Positions 8,802 to 20,671 of a DNA stretch of 38,081 bases are shown one piece after another. The stretch's first letter is position 1. Each line of letters starts with the position of its first letter. Source of the stretch: a virus (taxonomy: Duplodnaviria; Heunggongvirae; Uroviricota; Caudoviricetes); IMG/VR virus record IMGVR_UViG_2534681701_000006; one strand, given 5' to 3'. The notes under the pieces were generated by a model. The model made no database searches. It worked only from the letters and a program-made list of their open reading frames with translations, and had not been told where the DNA came from. The translations under genes were made by a program, and so were the position numbers.

Positions 8802-8834
8802 ACCGGAAAGCATTGTGCTTTCCGGTTTTGTTTC
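8802..8834 (+). terminator. rho-independent terminator downstream of the repressor gene
   Basis: Stem ACCGGAAAGC / GCTTTCCGGT with loop ATTGT, followed by TTTTGTTTC. Confidence 0.5.
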
Positions 8835-9597
8835 AGAAGTTGCAGATTAGCAGTTCACGGCGCGGCGTGGGTTTACCCGCCAGACTGTAGTTGATATTCA
8901 CTGTCTGTATGTTCAGTCCAGTGAACACCTCGCGCATCTGCGGGATGTCGTTCACCGAAATTATCATTTTTCCTCTGATGCACCGGGCCAGCTCTGCCAG
9001 CCGCGAGTAGTTCCCTTCAGGAAAATCCACACCATAGCCTTCCGTACCCAGGTACGGTGGGTCGCAGTAGAACAGCGTGTGCGGACGATCATAACGCTCA
9101 ATGCACTGTTGCCAGTCCATGTGTTCTATGACTGTTCTGGAAAGCCGCAGGTGTGCCGCTGACAGTTCTTCTTCAATACGTAGCAGGTTGAAGCGTGGCG
9201 GGGATGTGGTGGAGGTACCGAAGCTGTGCTCTGCCACCTTGCCGCCAAACGCCTGCTTCTGAAGGTAGTAGAACCGTGCCGCACGCTGGATATCCGTCAG
9301 TGTTTCTTCCGGGGTGATCTGCAGCCATTTGTAGATCTGACGGCTGACCAGCGCCCATTTGAACTGGCGGACAAATTCTTCCAGGTGATGCTTTACCACC
9401 CGGTACAGATTCACCAGTTCACCGTTGATATCATTGATGACTTCGATCTTGCCGGGTGTCTTAAGAAAATAGAGCGCTGCTGCCCCACAAAACGGCTCCA
9501 CATAACATTCATGCGCCGGAAACAGCGGCAGAATGTGTTTTGCAAGGCGGCGTTTGCCACCAATCCACGGCACGATGGGTAATGTCTGCATTTTCAT
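8833..9597 (-). CDS. DNA N6-adenine methyltransferase, Dam/D12 class (orphan, no cognate endonuclease seen)
   Basis: PWIGGKRRL (Dam motif-I-like) near the N-terminus and catalytic DPPY; start most likely the ATG at 9597 rather than 9687. Confidence 0.8.
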   Translation of the reverse strand: MKMQTLPIVPWIGGKRRLAKHILPLFPAHECYVEPFCGAAALYFLKTPGKIEVINDINGELVNLYRVVKHHLEEFVRQFKWALVSRQIYKWLQITPEETLTDIQRAARFYYLQKQAFGGKVAEHSFGTSTTSPPRFNLLRIEEELSAAHLRLSRTVIEHMDWQQCIERYDRPHTLFYCDPPYLGTEGYGVDFPEGNYSRLAELARCIRGKMIISVNDIPQMREVFTGLNIQTVNINYSLAGKPTPRRELLICNF

Positions 9598-9787
9598 AAT
9601 CTGTAAGCCTTTTACAATTATTAAAAAATATGGCAGTCTGGTCAGGTCTCGCGAGACTGACTGAACCTTGGTCGGCTCACAGCGCATTCCTGTGGGGCGA
9701 TGACCAGCCCGGCTTTCGGGTGCCGGGCTGGTCGTTCTTTCATGATGCGGCAGGGATGGCGGGATTTCTGTTAATGTGGTTTAGGGA

Positions 9788-10003
9788 TTATCCGGGGCGA
9801 TTTTCTGACCTTATCCGGTCCAGGGCATAAGTAATACCTTCTGCAAAAACAGAAGTATCAAACTGCTTTTGTATTCCCTGAAAATGAAAAGCGGCACGAC
9901 AGACACTCAGTTCTCCGCGGTATAACCGGATAATATCTTCCAGAACATTGTTCACTGCTTCAGCACGGCGCTGATGTTCTGTTAACGTTAATCGGGGATT
10001 CAT
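9788..10003 (-). CDS. hypothetical protein, 71 aa
   Basis: ORF only; start overlaps the start of the divergent 10002..10406 ORF. Confidence 0.3.
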   Translation of the reverse strand: MNPRLTLTEHQRRAEAVNNVLEDIIRLYRGELSVCRAAFHFQGIQKQFDTSVFAEGITYALDRIRSENRPG

Positions 10004-10381
10004 GATGCACTCCTTAAATGATGATTTTTATGTACTCACCGGCAAAATATTCTGCCGATTACTGAACACGCATCCGGCACCTCAGGTTTTGATTTATTCT
10101 GGTTTTTTCGATATCCCGGACCAGGTTGATCACGACCAGAAAAAGTGCCGGTGTTTTATTGATACGCTGATATGGCTTCGGGATAACAGCTATATTCGTT
10201 ACTCTCAGTTGCTGGCTGTGGGAGCGGCTGATGTCGTCCTCACGGAAAAAACGCTCTGTCTGCTCAATGCCATGCCGACCTTTCTGCAGCCCCGGCCCGT
10301 ACCATTTAAAGAGTCACTTCTGGATGCAGTAAAAACCGGTGAAAATGCAGTCATCGCTGAATGCGTATCCCGGATTATGCG

Positions 10382-10406
<25 letters not shown>
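10002..10406 (+). CDS. hypothetical protein, 134 aa, lower-GC orphan
   Basis: ORF on the opposite strand to its neighbours, visibly more AT-rich than flanking phage DNA; convergent 25-bp overlap with the P-loop gene. Confidence 0.35.
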
Positions 10407-13100
<2,694 letters not shown>

Positions 13101-13199
13101 TTATCCTGCACATCCCGTATCCCCGGCTCTCTTAACGCGCTTTAAAATCCTTCGCGCCCTGTATTTGTGATGCTGTCTCCACCAGATAAGGAGACACAC

Positions 13200-13550
13200 A
13201 TGAAAAACCTGAAAAAATTCATTCCCCCTGTTAAAAAACCTCGCCTCAGCGGCTGGCTGCTGACCTCAGTGCTGTTGCTGGGCACCATCGCTCTGGTCTC
13301 ACCACAGCAGCTGCCTGTTGTGATCTACAAGCTGGCACTCATCACGCTGGCAGCAGTGCTGGGTTACTGGCTTGACCGTTCGCTCTTCCCCAAAGCCCGT
13401 CCCGGTCAGTACCTGAAACATGACGACAGGCTGATGGCTGAAGGGCGTTTCCCGGTACAGACCGGCCTTCACCTGGTGTTTTCTGCTGCGTTAATCCGCC
13501 GTGCACTGATTGTTGCAGCGGTCTGCCTGGCTGTTGCGATGGGGCTTTAA
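13200..13550 (+). CDS. membrane protein with three predicted TM segments, putative holin
   Basis: AAGGAGA RBS 5 nt before ATG at 13200; three hydrophobic helices; first gene of the lysis cassette. Confidence 0.45.
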   Translation: MKNLKKFIPPVKKPRLSGWLLTSVLLLGTIALVSPQQLPVVIYKLALITLAAVLGYWLDRSLFPKARPGQYLKHDDRLMAEGRFPVQTGLHLVFSAALIRRALIVAAVCLAVAMGL

Positions 13551-13552
13551 TC

Positions 13553-14293
13553 ATGAACTGGCCGCAGATCACCTGGATTGTATGCATGTCCCTGAAACTG
13601 GCTTTCGAAGCCTTTCGGGTCTTCATCAGAACCGAACGCCTGTCAGTCCGCGCCGGGACCTTTCTGGTTCATATGGCATGGGTATTCTTTGTCGCAATGT
13701 TGCTCTGGTGTGGCGGCTTTTTCAGCCAGGCATGCGCAGCACAACCTCCGCAGGCTGCGCTGCAGTATCGCGATGATGTGATCCGTAATGCCCGGCTTGA
13801 ATGGGGACTGTCTGCGCCGGTGGCCGATTTCGCCGCGCAACTGCATCAGGAAAGCGGCTGGCGACCTGATGCGATCTCGCCGGCTGGCGCTCAGGGACTG
13901 GCGCAGTTCATGCCTGCCACTGCCGACTGGATAAGCCAGTTGATACCGATGCTGAGCAGTCGTGAGCCGTTTAATCCGGCATGGGCTATCCGGGCGCTGG
14001 TCAGCTATGACCGCTGGCTGTGGCAGCGTGTCAGCGCCGCCAGTGACTGCGAGCGTATGGCCATGACACTGTCGGGCTATAACGGTGGTCTGGGCTGGGT
14101 ACAACGGGACAGGCGGCTTGCATCACAGAAAGGTCTGGACAGCACCCGCTGGTTCGGACATGTCGCCACGGTGAATGCCGGACGCAATGCGGCCAGCTGG
14201 CGGGAGAACCGCCATTATCCGCAGCGCATCCTGCACGAACTGGCACCGCGATATCTCACATGGGGAGGCAGCAGTTGTGTGGCATCTGGTTAA
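13553..14293 (+). CDS. endolysin, lytic transglycosylase (SLT domain), possible signal-anchor N-terminus
   Basis: SLT signature (…QLHQESGW … AQGLAQFMPAT …); hydrophobic stretch AWVFFVAMLLWCGGFF before the catalytic domain. Confidence 0.7.
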   Translation: MNWPQITWIVCMSLKLAFEAFRVFIRTERLSVRAGTFLVHMAWVFFVAMLLWCGGFFSQACAAQPPQAALQYRDDVIRNARLEWGLSAPVADFAAQLHQESGWRPDAISPAGAQGLAQFMPATADWISQLIPMLSSREPFNPAWAIRALVSYDRWLWQRVSAASDCERMAMTLSGYNGGLGWVQRDRRLASQKGLDSTRWFGHVATVNAGRNAASWRENRHYPQRILHELAPRYLTWGGSSCVASG

Positions 14294-14927
14294 AAAGCTG
14301 CCGTGGCGCGGCATTCTGCTGGCCATTCTTATCAATGCCTTTCTGGTCGGCCTGTATGCCATGGGATACAGAAGTGGTCATGACTCTGCAAAGCGTGACG
14401 GTGATACCGCGCTAAGTCAGTTGCAGTCAGCATTTGACGCGTACAAAACGGAGCAGGCAACGCTTGAGAATGCTGCGCTGCGGGCCTGGGCCAGACGGTA
14501 TCAGGAGCAGGTGGCCGCCGGGCAGCGGGCTGAAGCCGGTTATCTTGAGCAGATTGCTCAACTGGAGAGCCGGAACAAACAACTACAGGGGCAAATTAAC
14601 GATGTCACACAGCGCTGGATTGATGAAAAAGGTAAGAGTCATCCCATTGAGTGCGTGTTTACTCGCGGTTTCGTGCGCCAGTACAACGCCGCACTCGGAT
14701 ATGACAACGCATCCGTCGACACCGGTCATTCAGACTCAGTTGCCGCCACTGGCACCCGCTCTGGCACAGCGACCGGGCAACCTGAAACCACTGACACCCG
14801 GTTACGCGATTCGGGTGTCTCCCAGCGTGACGTTCTCGCCAACATCATCGACAACGCATGGCAATGTCGTCGCTGGCGGAACCAGATAAACGCGCTGCTG
14901 GATGAACGGGAAGGATTACAGAAATGA
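14277..14927 (+). CDS. i-spanin (Rz-like)
   Basis: GGAGG RBS then GTG at 14277; N-terminal TM (ILLAILINAFLVGLYAMG) followed by coiled-coil-rich periplasmic region; overlaps the endolysin 3' end. Confidence 0.55.
   Translation: MWHLVKKLPWRGILLAILINAFLVGLYAMGYRSGHDSAKRDGDTALSQLQSAFDAYKTEQATLENAALRAWARRYQEQVAAGQRAEAGYLEQIAQLESRNKQLQGQINDVTQRWIDEKGKSHPIECVFTRGFVRQYNAALGYDNASVDTGHSDSVAATGTRSGTATGQPETTDTRLRDSGVSQRDVLANIIDNAWQCRRWRNQINALLDEREGLQK
14623..14889 (+). CDS. o-spanin (Rz1-like lipoprotein) embedded in the +1 frame of the i-spanin gene
   Basis: MKKVRVIPLSACLLAVSCAS… has a signal peptide and lipobox cysteine followed by a proline-rich mature region; wholly inside the i-spanin. Confidence 0.6.
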   Translation: MKKVRVIPLSACLLAVSCASTTPHSDMTTHPSTPVIQTQLPPLAPALAQRPGNLKPLTPGYAIRVSPSVTFSPTSSTTHGNVVAGGTR

Positions 14928-15250
14928 CACTGCAGGTTGAATTCTGGACGGTGGTGAGTTTTCTGCTCACCTTCATGGGGTTTGTGGGAGGGCTCGCCAA
15001 ATGGTTGTTCAGTAAAACAGAAGAACGCCAGGCGGCACGATTCGCCTCCCTTGAACAGGCCCTGCAACAATCCGCCTCCAACTGGGGCGAGCTGGAAAAA
15101 GAATTTATGCGATTTAAAGCGGATTTACCGCTGAATTATGTCCGTCGAGAGGATTATATCCGTGGCCAGACAGTCATTGAGGCCAAACTGGACGCGCTTT
15201 ATAACAAACTGGAAGTGGTACAGCAGTACCGCAATACCGGAGGTCAATAA
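14924..15250 (+). CDS. small membrane protein, 108 aa
   Basis: ATGA overlap with the i-spanin stop; N-terminal TM helix. Confidence 0.45.
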   Translation: MTLQVEFWTVVSFLLTFMGFVGGLAKWLFSKTEERQAARFASLEQALQQSASNWGELEKEFMRFKADLPLNYVRREDYIRGQTVIEAKLDALYNKLEVVQQYRNTGGQ

Positions 15251-15561
15251 TGGTCGATATTACCCGGGTACGCCGCGAATCCCTGCGCTGGAGTCTGCTG
15301 GTTGCCCTGAACAAGACCCGCCCTTACACCGCCAGCGAGACGCTGCTGCTGGATGTGTCCCGTGCCATCTACCCGGACACCACACCGCTGGAACTGCGCC
15401 GCGAACTGGATTATCTGGCTGACCGTAAAATGGTTGAGCTGGAGAAAAAACCTTCTGGCGACTGGTTTGCTGACCTGACCCGCCTCGGCGTAGACCTGGT
15501 GGAATACACCGTGGAATGTGGTCCGGGTATTGCCCGCCCGGAAAAGTACTGGAGTGAATAA
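15250..15561 (+). CDS. hypothetical late protein, 103 aa
   Basis: Overlapping start/stop with neighbours in the late operon. Confidence 0.45.
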   Translation: MVDITRVRRESLRWSLLVALNKTRPYTASETLLLDVSRAIYPDTTPLELRRELDYLADRKMVELEKKPSGDWFADLTRLGVDLVEYTVECGPGIARPEKYWSE

Positions 15562-16106
15562 TGGCCAGACGCAGCACAATAGAAAAGCTGCCGGAAGACG
15601 TGCGCCGCTGGCTTGAACGGGCGCTGACTGAATCCGGCTTCAGCGGGTATAACGAGCTGGAGTCCCTGTTGCGTGAGCGGGGGTACGTCATCAGCAAATC
15701 CGCTATCCATCGCTATGGACAGAAGATTGAGCGCCGCTATGGTGCTATCCGTGCGGCAACAGAAGCGGCCCGCATGCTGACCGAAGGCGCAGCAGACGAT
15801 CAGGATGCGCGTTCGGAGGCTGTGATAGCCCTTATTCAGACCGAGCTGTTCGAGAGTATTGTCCAGTTGCAGGAGGCGGAAGAAGGCGAAGTCGATCCTA
15901 AAGAACGCGTGGCCCTGCTGTCGAAGGTGGCGAAGAATGTGGCTACGCTGTCCCGCGCGTCCGTCAACCTCAAAAAGTTCCAGTCTGAAGTACGGGCCAG
16001 AGCGCAGCAGGCAGCCAGCAACGCCGAGAAAATTGCCCGTAAGGGGGGACTGTCAAGCGACGCAGTACAGGCGCTTCGTCGCGAGATTCTGGGGATTGCC
16101 ACATGA
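15561..16106 (+). CDS. putative small terminase / DNA-binding protein (Mu gp27-like)
   Basis: Sits immediately upstream of, and overlaps, the large terminase gene; N-terminal basic region. Confidence 0.5.
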   Translation: MARRSTIEKLPEDVRRWLERALTESGFSGYNELESLLRERGYVISKSAIHRYGQKIERRYGAIRAATEAARMLTEGAADDQDARSEAVIALIQTELFESIVQLQEAEEGEVDPKERVALLSKVAKNVATLSRASVNLKKFQSEVRARAQQAASNAEKIARKGGLSSDAVQALRREILGIAT

Positions 16107-17698
16107 CAAAATCATCCGGAGTGATTTTAAACGCCGCTGGCGGCGGCCCCGAAGGGATGAGTCCCATGGACGGGAGGAATAACCTTGCTCCCGTTTTGCC
16201 TGATACCTCGGCGCTGGATGCCCCTCCCGTTCTGTTGCCTTACCAGCAGCGCTGGGTGGCAGACACCTCTCCGCTTAAGGTGATAGAAAAGAGCCGTCGT
16301 ACCGGTATTACATGGGCTGAGGCATCCGATAACGTACTGACCGCCGCCTCTTCTGCGCCAGCAGGCGGGATGAATGTGTATTACATCGCTTATAACCAGG
16401 ACATGACCGTCGAATACATTCAGGCGTGTGCGATGTGGGCACGGGCATTCAACTATGCGGCCAGTGAAATTGAAGAAGGATTCTGGGAAGAGGACGACGA
16501 CGACAAACACATCAAGACTTACACCATCAAATTTCCTGACTCCGGCTTTCGTATTGTTGCGCTCTCCAGCCGCCCGTCTAACCTGCGTGGCCGTCAGGGT
16601 ATTATTGTTATCGACGAAGCGGCGTTCCATGAGCAACTGGACGAACTGCTGAAAGCGGCGCTGGCGATGCTTATCTGGGGGGGAAAGGTACGCGTTATCT
16701 CCACCCATGACGGTGACGACAATCCGTTCAATACGCTTATCGGGGATATCCGTGCCGGACGTCAGGGAGGCAGCATACATCGCATCACTTTCCGGGAAGC
16801 CGTATCTGAGGGGCTGTTCCGGCGCGTCTGTCTGCGCACCGGGAAGGAATGGTCGGAGGCATCCGAGCAGGCCTGGATGGCATCGGTGTACAAATTCTAC
16901 GGTGCCGGCGCATCCGAAGAGCTTGACTGTATTCCGGCCAACGGTGGCGGTGCCTGGCTGTCCCGTGCCCTGATAGAGTCCCGCATGTCCGCTGATACGC
17001 CGGTATTGCGTCTGACCTGCAAGGAAGGTTATGAACTGCTGTCTGATGAGGTTCGCTTCCGCGAGACGCAGGACTGGCTTGATGAGTATCTGAAACCATT
17101 GCTGGAGGCACTCCCCACTGATGCCCGCTCTTTCCTGGGGCGCGACTTTGGCCGTAGCGGTGATTTGTCGGTGGACTATCCCCTGCTGCAGGAGAAGAAC
17201 CTGGTACGACGCGTGCCATTCGTACTGGAGCTGCGTAACGTGCCGTTCAGACAGCAGGAGCAAATCACCTGGTATCTGATGGATGGCCTGCCCGGTCTGC
17301 TGGGTGCAGCGTTTGATGCCCGTGGTAATGGTGCCTATCTGGCTGAATACGCCATGCAGCGCTACGGCTCCGGCCGGGTTCAGCAGGTGATGCCAACCGA
17401 AGGCTGGTACCGGGAGCATATGCCTCCGGTCAAAGCTGCACTGGAAGACGGCAACCTGGTGGACTTACCAAAGGATGAAGACACACTGGATGACCTGCGG
17501 GCCGTTCAGGTGGTGAACGGTGTCCCCCGCGTACCGGAGCAACGCTCAAAAGCAAAGGCTGACGGTGGTAAACGCCACGGGGATTCAGCCATCGCACTGG
17601 CGCTGGCGTATTTCGCCAGCCGTGAAATTAACAAAGGGCCGGTGAAGGCAAGCTCACGCCGTCGTCGTCAGGCGGCCCGTATGCTGGGGGGATTCTGA
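16103..17698 (+). CDS. terminase large subunit (Mu gp28-like), 531 aa
   Basis: Size, position before the portal gene, and ATPase-like IIVIDEAAF block. Confidence 0.75.
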   Translation: MTKSSGVILNAAGGGPEGMSPMDGRNNLAPVLPDTSALDAPPVLLPYQQRWVADTSPLKVIEKSRRTGITWAEASDNVLTAASSAPAGGMNVYYIAYNQDMTVEYIQACAMWARAFNYAASEIEEGFWEEDDDDKHIKTYTIKFPDSGFRIVALSSRPSNLRGRQGIIVIDEAAFHEQLDELLKAALAMLIWGGKVRVISTHDGDDNPFNTLIGDIRAGRQGGSIHRITFREAVSEGLFRRVCLRTGKEWSEASEQAWMASVYKFYGAGASEELDCIPANGGGAWLSRALIESRMSADTPVLRLTCKEGYELLSDEVRFRETQDWLDEYLKPLLEALPTDARSFLGRDFGRSGDLSVDYPLLQEKNLVRRVPFVLELRNVPFRQQEQITWYLMDGLPGLLGAAFDARGNGAYLAEYAMQRYGSGRVQQVMPTEGWYREHMPPVKAALEDGNLVDLPKDEDTLDDLRAVQVVNGVPRVPEQRSKAKADGGKRHGDSAIALALAYFASREINKGPVKASSRRRRQAARMLGGF

Positions 17699-19194
17699 TG
17701 GCGAGGGGTATCTGGGTTTCACCCGATGAATTTGTTGCTTTTTCTGAGCCTCAGAAATCACTGACCGCGCAGATTGCCTCCCGCAGCCGCGCGATCGACT
17801 TTTACGGACTGGGCATGTATCTGCCCAATCCTGATCCCATTCTCAAGGCTCAGGGACGGGATATCCGTATCTACCGCGAACTGCGCACCGACCCGCTGGT
17901 CGGGGGCTGTATCCGCAGACGTAAAGCAGCGCTCAAATCGCTGGAGCGTGGACTGGAGCGTGGTCACGCCTCTGCCCGGGTCTTCCGTTTCATCCGCGAC
18001 ATGCTCGACGATCTGGATCTGTCCCGCATCATCGGTGAAATGAGCGATGCCGTGCTCTACGGGTATCAGCCCTGTGAAATCATGTGGGGCCGTTCGGTCA
18101 GGTCGTGGGCGGTGACGGATATTGTCGGCAAACCGCCTGAGTGGTTTCAGTTTGATACGGACAACTGCCTGCGCTTTCGGGCGCGTGATGCGGGTGTGGA
18201 GGGTGAGCTGCTGTCACCGTCAAAATTCGTGGTGCCGGCACAGGATGCCTCGTATGACAATCCTTACGGTTTCCCGGACCTGTCCATGTGCTTCTGGCCG
18301 GTCGCCTTCAAGAAAGGCGGGATGAAATTCTGGCTCCGCTTTGCCGAAAAGTTTGGCTCCCCGTGGGTGATCGGTAAGCACCCGAGGGGCGCAAATGATG
18401 CAGAGATTGAAAAACTGCTGGACTCCATGGAGCAGATGGTGGAGGAAGCGGTGGCCGCCATCCCCGATGACAGCAGTATTGAGCTCAGGGCAGCGGATGG
18501 CAAGGCAGACAGCAGCGAGGTATTTCGCGAGCTGATCACACTGTCACGCAGTAAGATCTCCATTGCATTACTCGGTCAGAATCAGACCACGGAAGCGAAC
18601 AGTAACAAGGCCTCTGCACAGGCCGGGCTGGAGGTAACGGCTGATATCCGCGATGCGGATGCGGACATCATTCAGGCGGCAGTGAATCAGGTCATCAGAA
18701 CGGTGGTCACCCTGAACTTCGGCGATGTGCCGTGTCCGGTCTGGGCCATGTGGGAACAGGAGGCCATTGATGACACCCGTGCCACCCGCGACGAAAAACT
18801 CACCCGGGCGGGTCTGCGTCTGACCCCGCAGTACTTCAAGCGTGAGTACCAACTGCAGGACGGCGATATTGACGAGACACCACCGTCGGAACGCCAGAAT
18901 AACATGCTGCCGCTGTCATTTGCCGAGGCGATTGATGCTGATATTCAGGCTCAGCAGCAGCTTGACGACGCGCTGGACATTCTGATGAACGGAGGCGCGT
19001 TAAATGGCACGCTGGAACCCGTCCTGGCACCTCTGTTCAGGCGGGTCGAAAACGGGGTTAACCCGTCTGAGCTGCTGGGCGAACTGGCGGAGCTCTACCC
19101 TCAGATGAACACGGACGATCTGCAGGAGCGGCTGGCCCGCATTCTCTTTGTGGCAAATATCTGGGGGCGTCTGCATGAGCGTGACAACGGCTGA
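17698..19194 (+). CDS. portal protein (Mu gp29-like), 498 aa
   Basis: Size and position between terminase and the Mu F-like gene. Confidence 0.75.
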   Translation: MARGIWVSPDEFVAFSEPQKSLTAQIASRSRAIDFYGLGMYLPNPDPILKAQGRDIRIYRELRTDPLVGGCIRRRKAALKSLERGLERGHASARVFRFIRDMLDDLDLSRIIGEMSDAVLYGYQPCEIMWGRSVRSWAVTDIVGKPPEWFQFDTDNCLRFRARDAGVEGELLSPSKFVVPAQDASYDNPYGFPDLSMCFWPVAFKKGGMKFWLRFAEKFGSPWVIGKHPRGANDAEIEKLLDSMEQMVEEAVAAIPDDSSIELRAADGKADSSEVFRELITLSRSKISIALLGQNQTTEANSNKASAQAGLEVTADIRDADADIIQAAVNQVIRTVVTLNFGDVPCPVWAMWEQEAIDDTRATRDEKLTRAGLRLTPQYFKREYQLQDGDIDETPPSERQNNMLPLSFAEAIDADIQAQQQLDDALDILMNGGALNGTLEPVLAPLFRRVENGVNPSELLGELAELYPQMNTDDLQERLARILFVANIWGRLHERDNG

Positions 19195-19996
19195 ACTGGC
19201 GTACTGCATGACGCTTCCCCCGAAGCGGGCAATCAACTACCTGAAGTCCAAAGGATATCAGATTACCTGGGACTGGGAAGAAATGTGGCAGGAGGCCCAT
19301 GCCCACGCCTTTACCGTTGCTAAAGTGACCCGCCTGGATATCCTGGAAGATATTCGCGGGGCACTGCAGCAGGCTGTCGATGAAGGAAAAACCGATCGCT
19401 GGTTCCGGCAGGAGCTGGAGCCGGTGCTGAAGCGTAAGGGATGGTGGGGACCACGTGACACGACTGACCCGGTAACGGGTGAGCCGGTCACCATTCAGCA
19501 GGGCAGTCCGTGGCGGCTCGATACCATCTTTCGCACCAATATGTCCGTACTCTACAGCGCCGGTCGTTGGGCGGAACAGATGGAAAACGTCGACGACAGG
19601 CCGTACTGGATGTATACCGGCATCAACGACAGCCATACCCGCAGGAGCCATCTGGCGCTGCATGGTCTGGTGCTGCGCTGGGATGACCCGTTCTGGCAGG
19701 CATTTTACCCGCCGAACGGCTGGCGCTGCCGCTGTAGTGTGATTGCCCTGAGTGCGGCGGATGTACGTGCCCGTGGCCTGAAGGTTATCAGCTCCGGCTC
19801 TGCCATGGGCCAGGAACTGAAACTGGTCTCAGAGAAAACCGGCGAAATGCGGAACGTGGCCACCTTTAATACCGGCACCACGAAGGTGACCACCGACGTC
19901 GGCTGGTCTTATGCTCCGGGGGCAGCATACCGTCCCGACCTGGCCCGCTATCAGGGTACGCTTCAGCCACTGGCACAACAGGAACTGAGAGGATAA
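19175..19996 (+). CDS. head morphogenesis protein, Mu F-like (gp30 family)
   Basis: Conserved C-terminal NGWRCRCSV motif typical of Mu F domain proteins; ATG at 19175 overlaps the portal 3' end. Confidence 0.7.
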   Translation: MSVTTAELAYCMTLPPKRAINYLKSKGYQITWDWEEMWQEAHAHAFTVAKVTRLDILEDIRGALQQAVDEGKTDRWFRQELEPVLKRKGWWGPRDTTDPVTGEPVTIQQGSPWRLDTIFRTNMSVLYSAGRWAEQMENVDDRPYWMYTGINDSHTRRSHLALHGLVLRWDDPFWQAFYPPNGWRCRCSVIALSAADVRARGLKVISSGSAMGQELKLVSEKTGEMRNVATFNTGTTKVTTDVGWSYAPGAAYRPDLARYQGTLQPLAQQELRG

Positions 19997-19998
19997 CA

Positions 19999-20457
19999 AT
20001 GGCTTCCGATAACCTGGTCAGTATCACCATTAACGATAAGTCCCTGCGCCGGAGCCTCCGTGCGCTGGATCTTGCTGCCACAGACCTGGAGCCCGCGATG
20101 CGCAAAATCGCCGGAACCCTGCTGGCGGAAACACAGTTTAACTTTCTTGATGAGGGGCGTCCGGGGTGGATGCCCTCGCTGGCAGCGGAAGAACGTGACG
20201 GGCAGACACTGCAGGATACCGGGCGTCTGATGGGGTCAGTATCAACCGACCATGACGACCGGCAGGCTGTTGTGGGGACCAACGTTGTTTACGGTGCCAT
20301 TCACCAGTTCGGGGGTAAAACGGGGCGTAATGAGTCTGTTGAACTTCCGGCCCGCCCGTTCCTGCCGGTGACGGGGGATGGAGAACTACAGCTTGAAGTG
20401 GTAATCCCCATCCTCGATACCATTGTCCGCCATCTTGAATCAGCGGCCCGTCGCTGA
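19999..20457 (+). CDS. virion morphogenesis protein, Mu G-like, 152 aa
   Basis: Position and size between the F-like gene and the protease/scaffold gene. Confidence 0.55.
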   Translation: MASDNLVSITINDKSLRRSLRALDLAATDLEPAMRKIAGTLLAETQFNFLDEGRPGWMPSLAAEERDGQTLQDTGRLMGSVSTDHDDRQAVVGTNVVYGAIHQFGGKTGRNESVELPARPFLPVTGDGELQLEVVIPILDTIVRHLESAARR

Positions 20458-20503
20458 GTTTTCTCTCTTCAGGCGGGTGATTTATCATTGCCAGCGAATG
20501 AGG

Positions 20504-20547
20504 GGCTGTATTACCTTTATAAAGGCTTTACAGCCTCTGTTTTATAA
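20504..20547 (+). terminator. hairpin terminator after the G-like gene
   Basis: GGCTGTA … TACAGCC stem enclosing CCTTTATAAAGG palindrome, followed by TCTGTTTTATAA. Confidence 0.4.
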
Positions 20548-20671
20548 CCGCCTCCGGTTCACCGCATTGCTTTCCCTGTCCTTCTCCCCTGATGTTTTCT
20601 AAAGCAGATTAAAATCGCCGGGCCTGCATTTCTCACAAACTGTCTCCGACAACATAACGCGGGACAGCAAA

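Noticed and set aside
16127-17419. 430-aa minus-strand ORF
   Set aside because: Antisense within the large terminase gene; the terminase reading frame has the coherent signal.
19058-19663. 201-aa minus-strand ORF
   Set aside because: Antisense to the portal and F-like genes.
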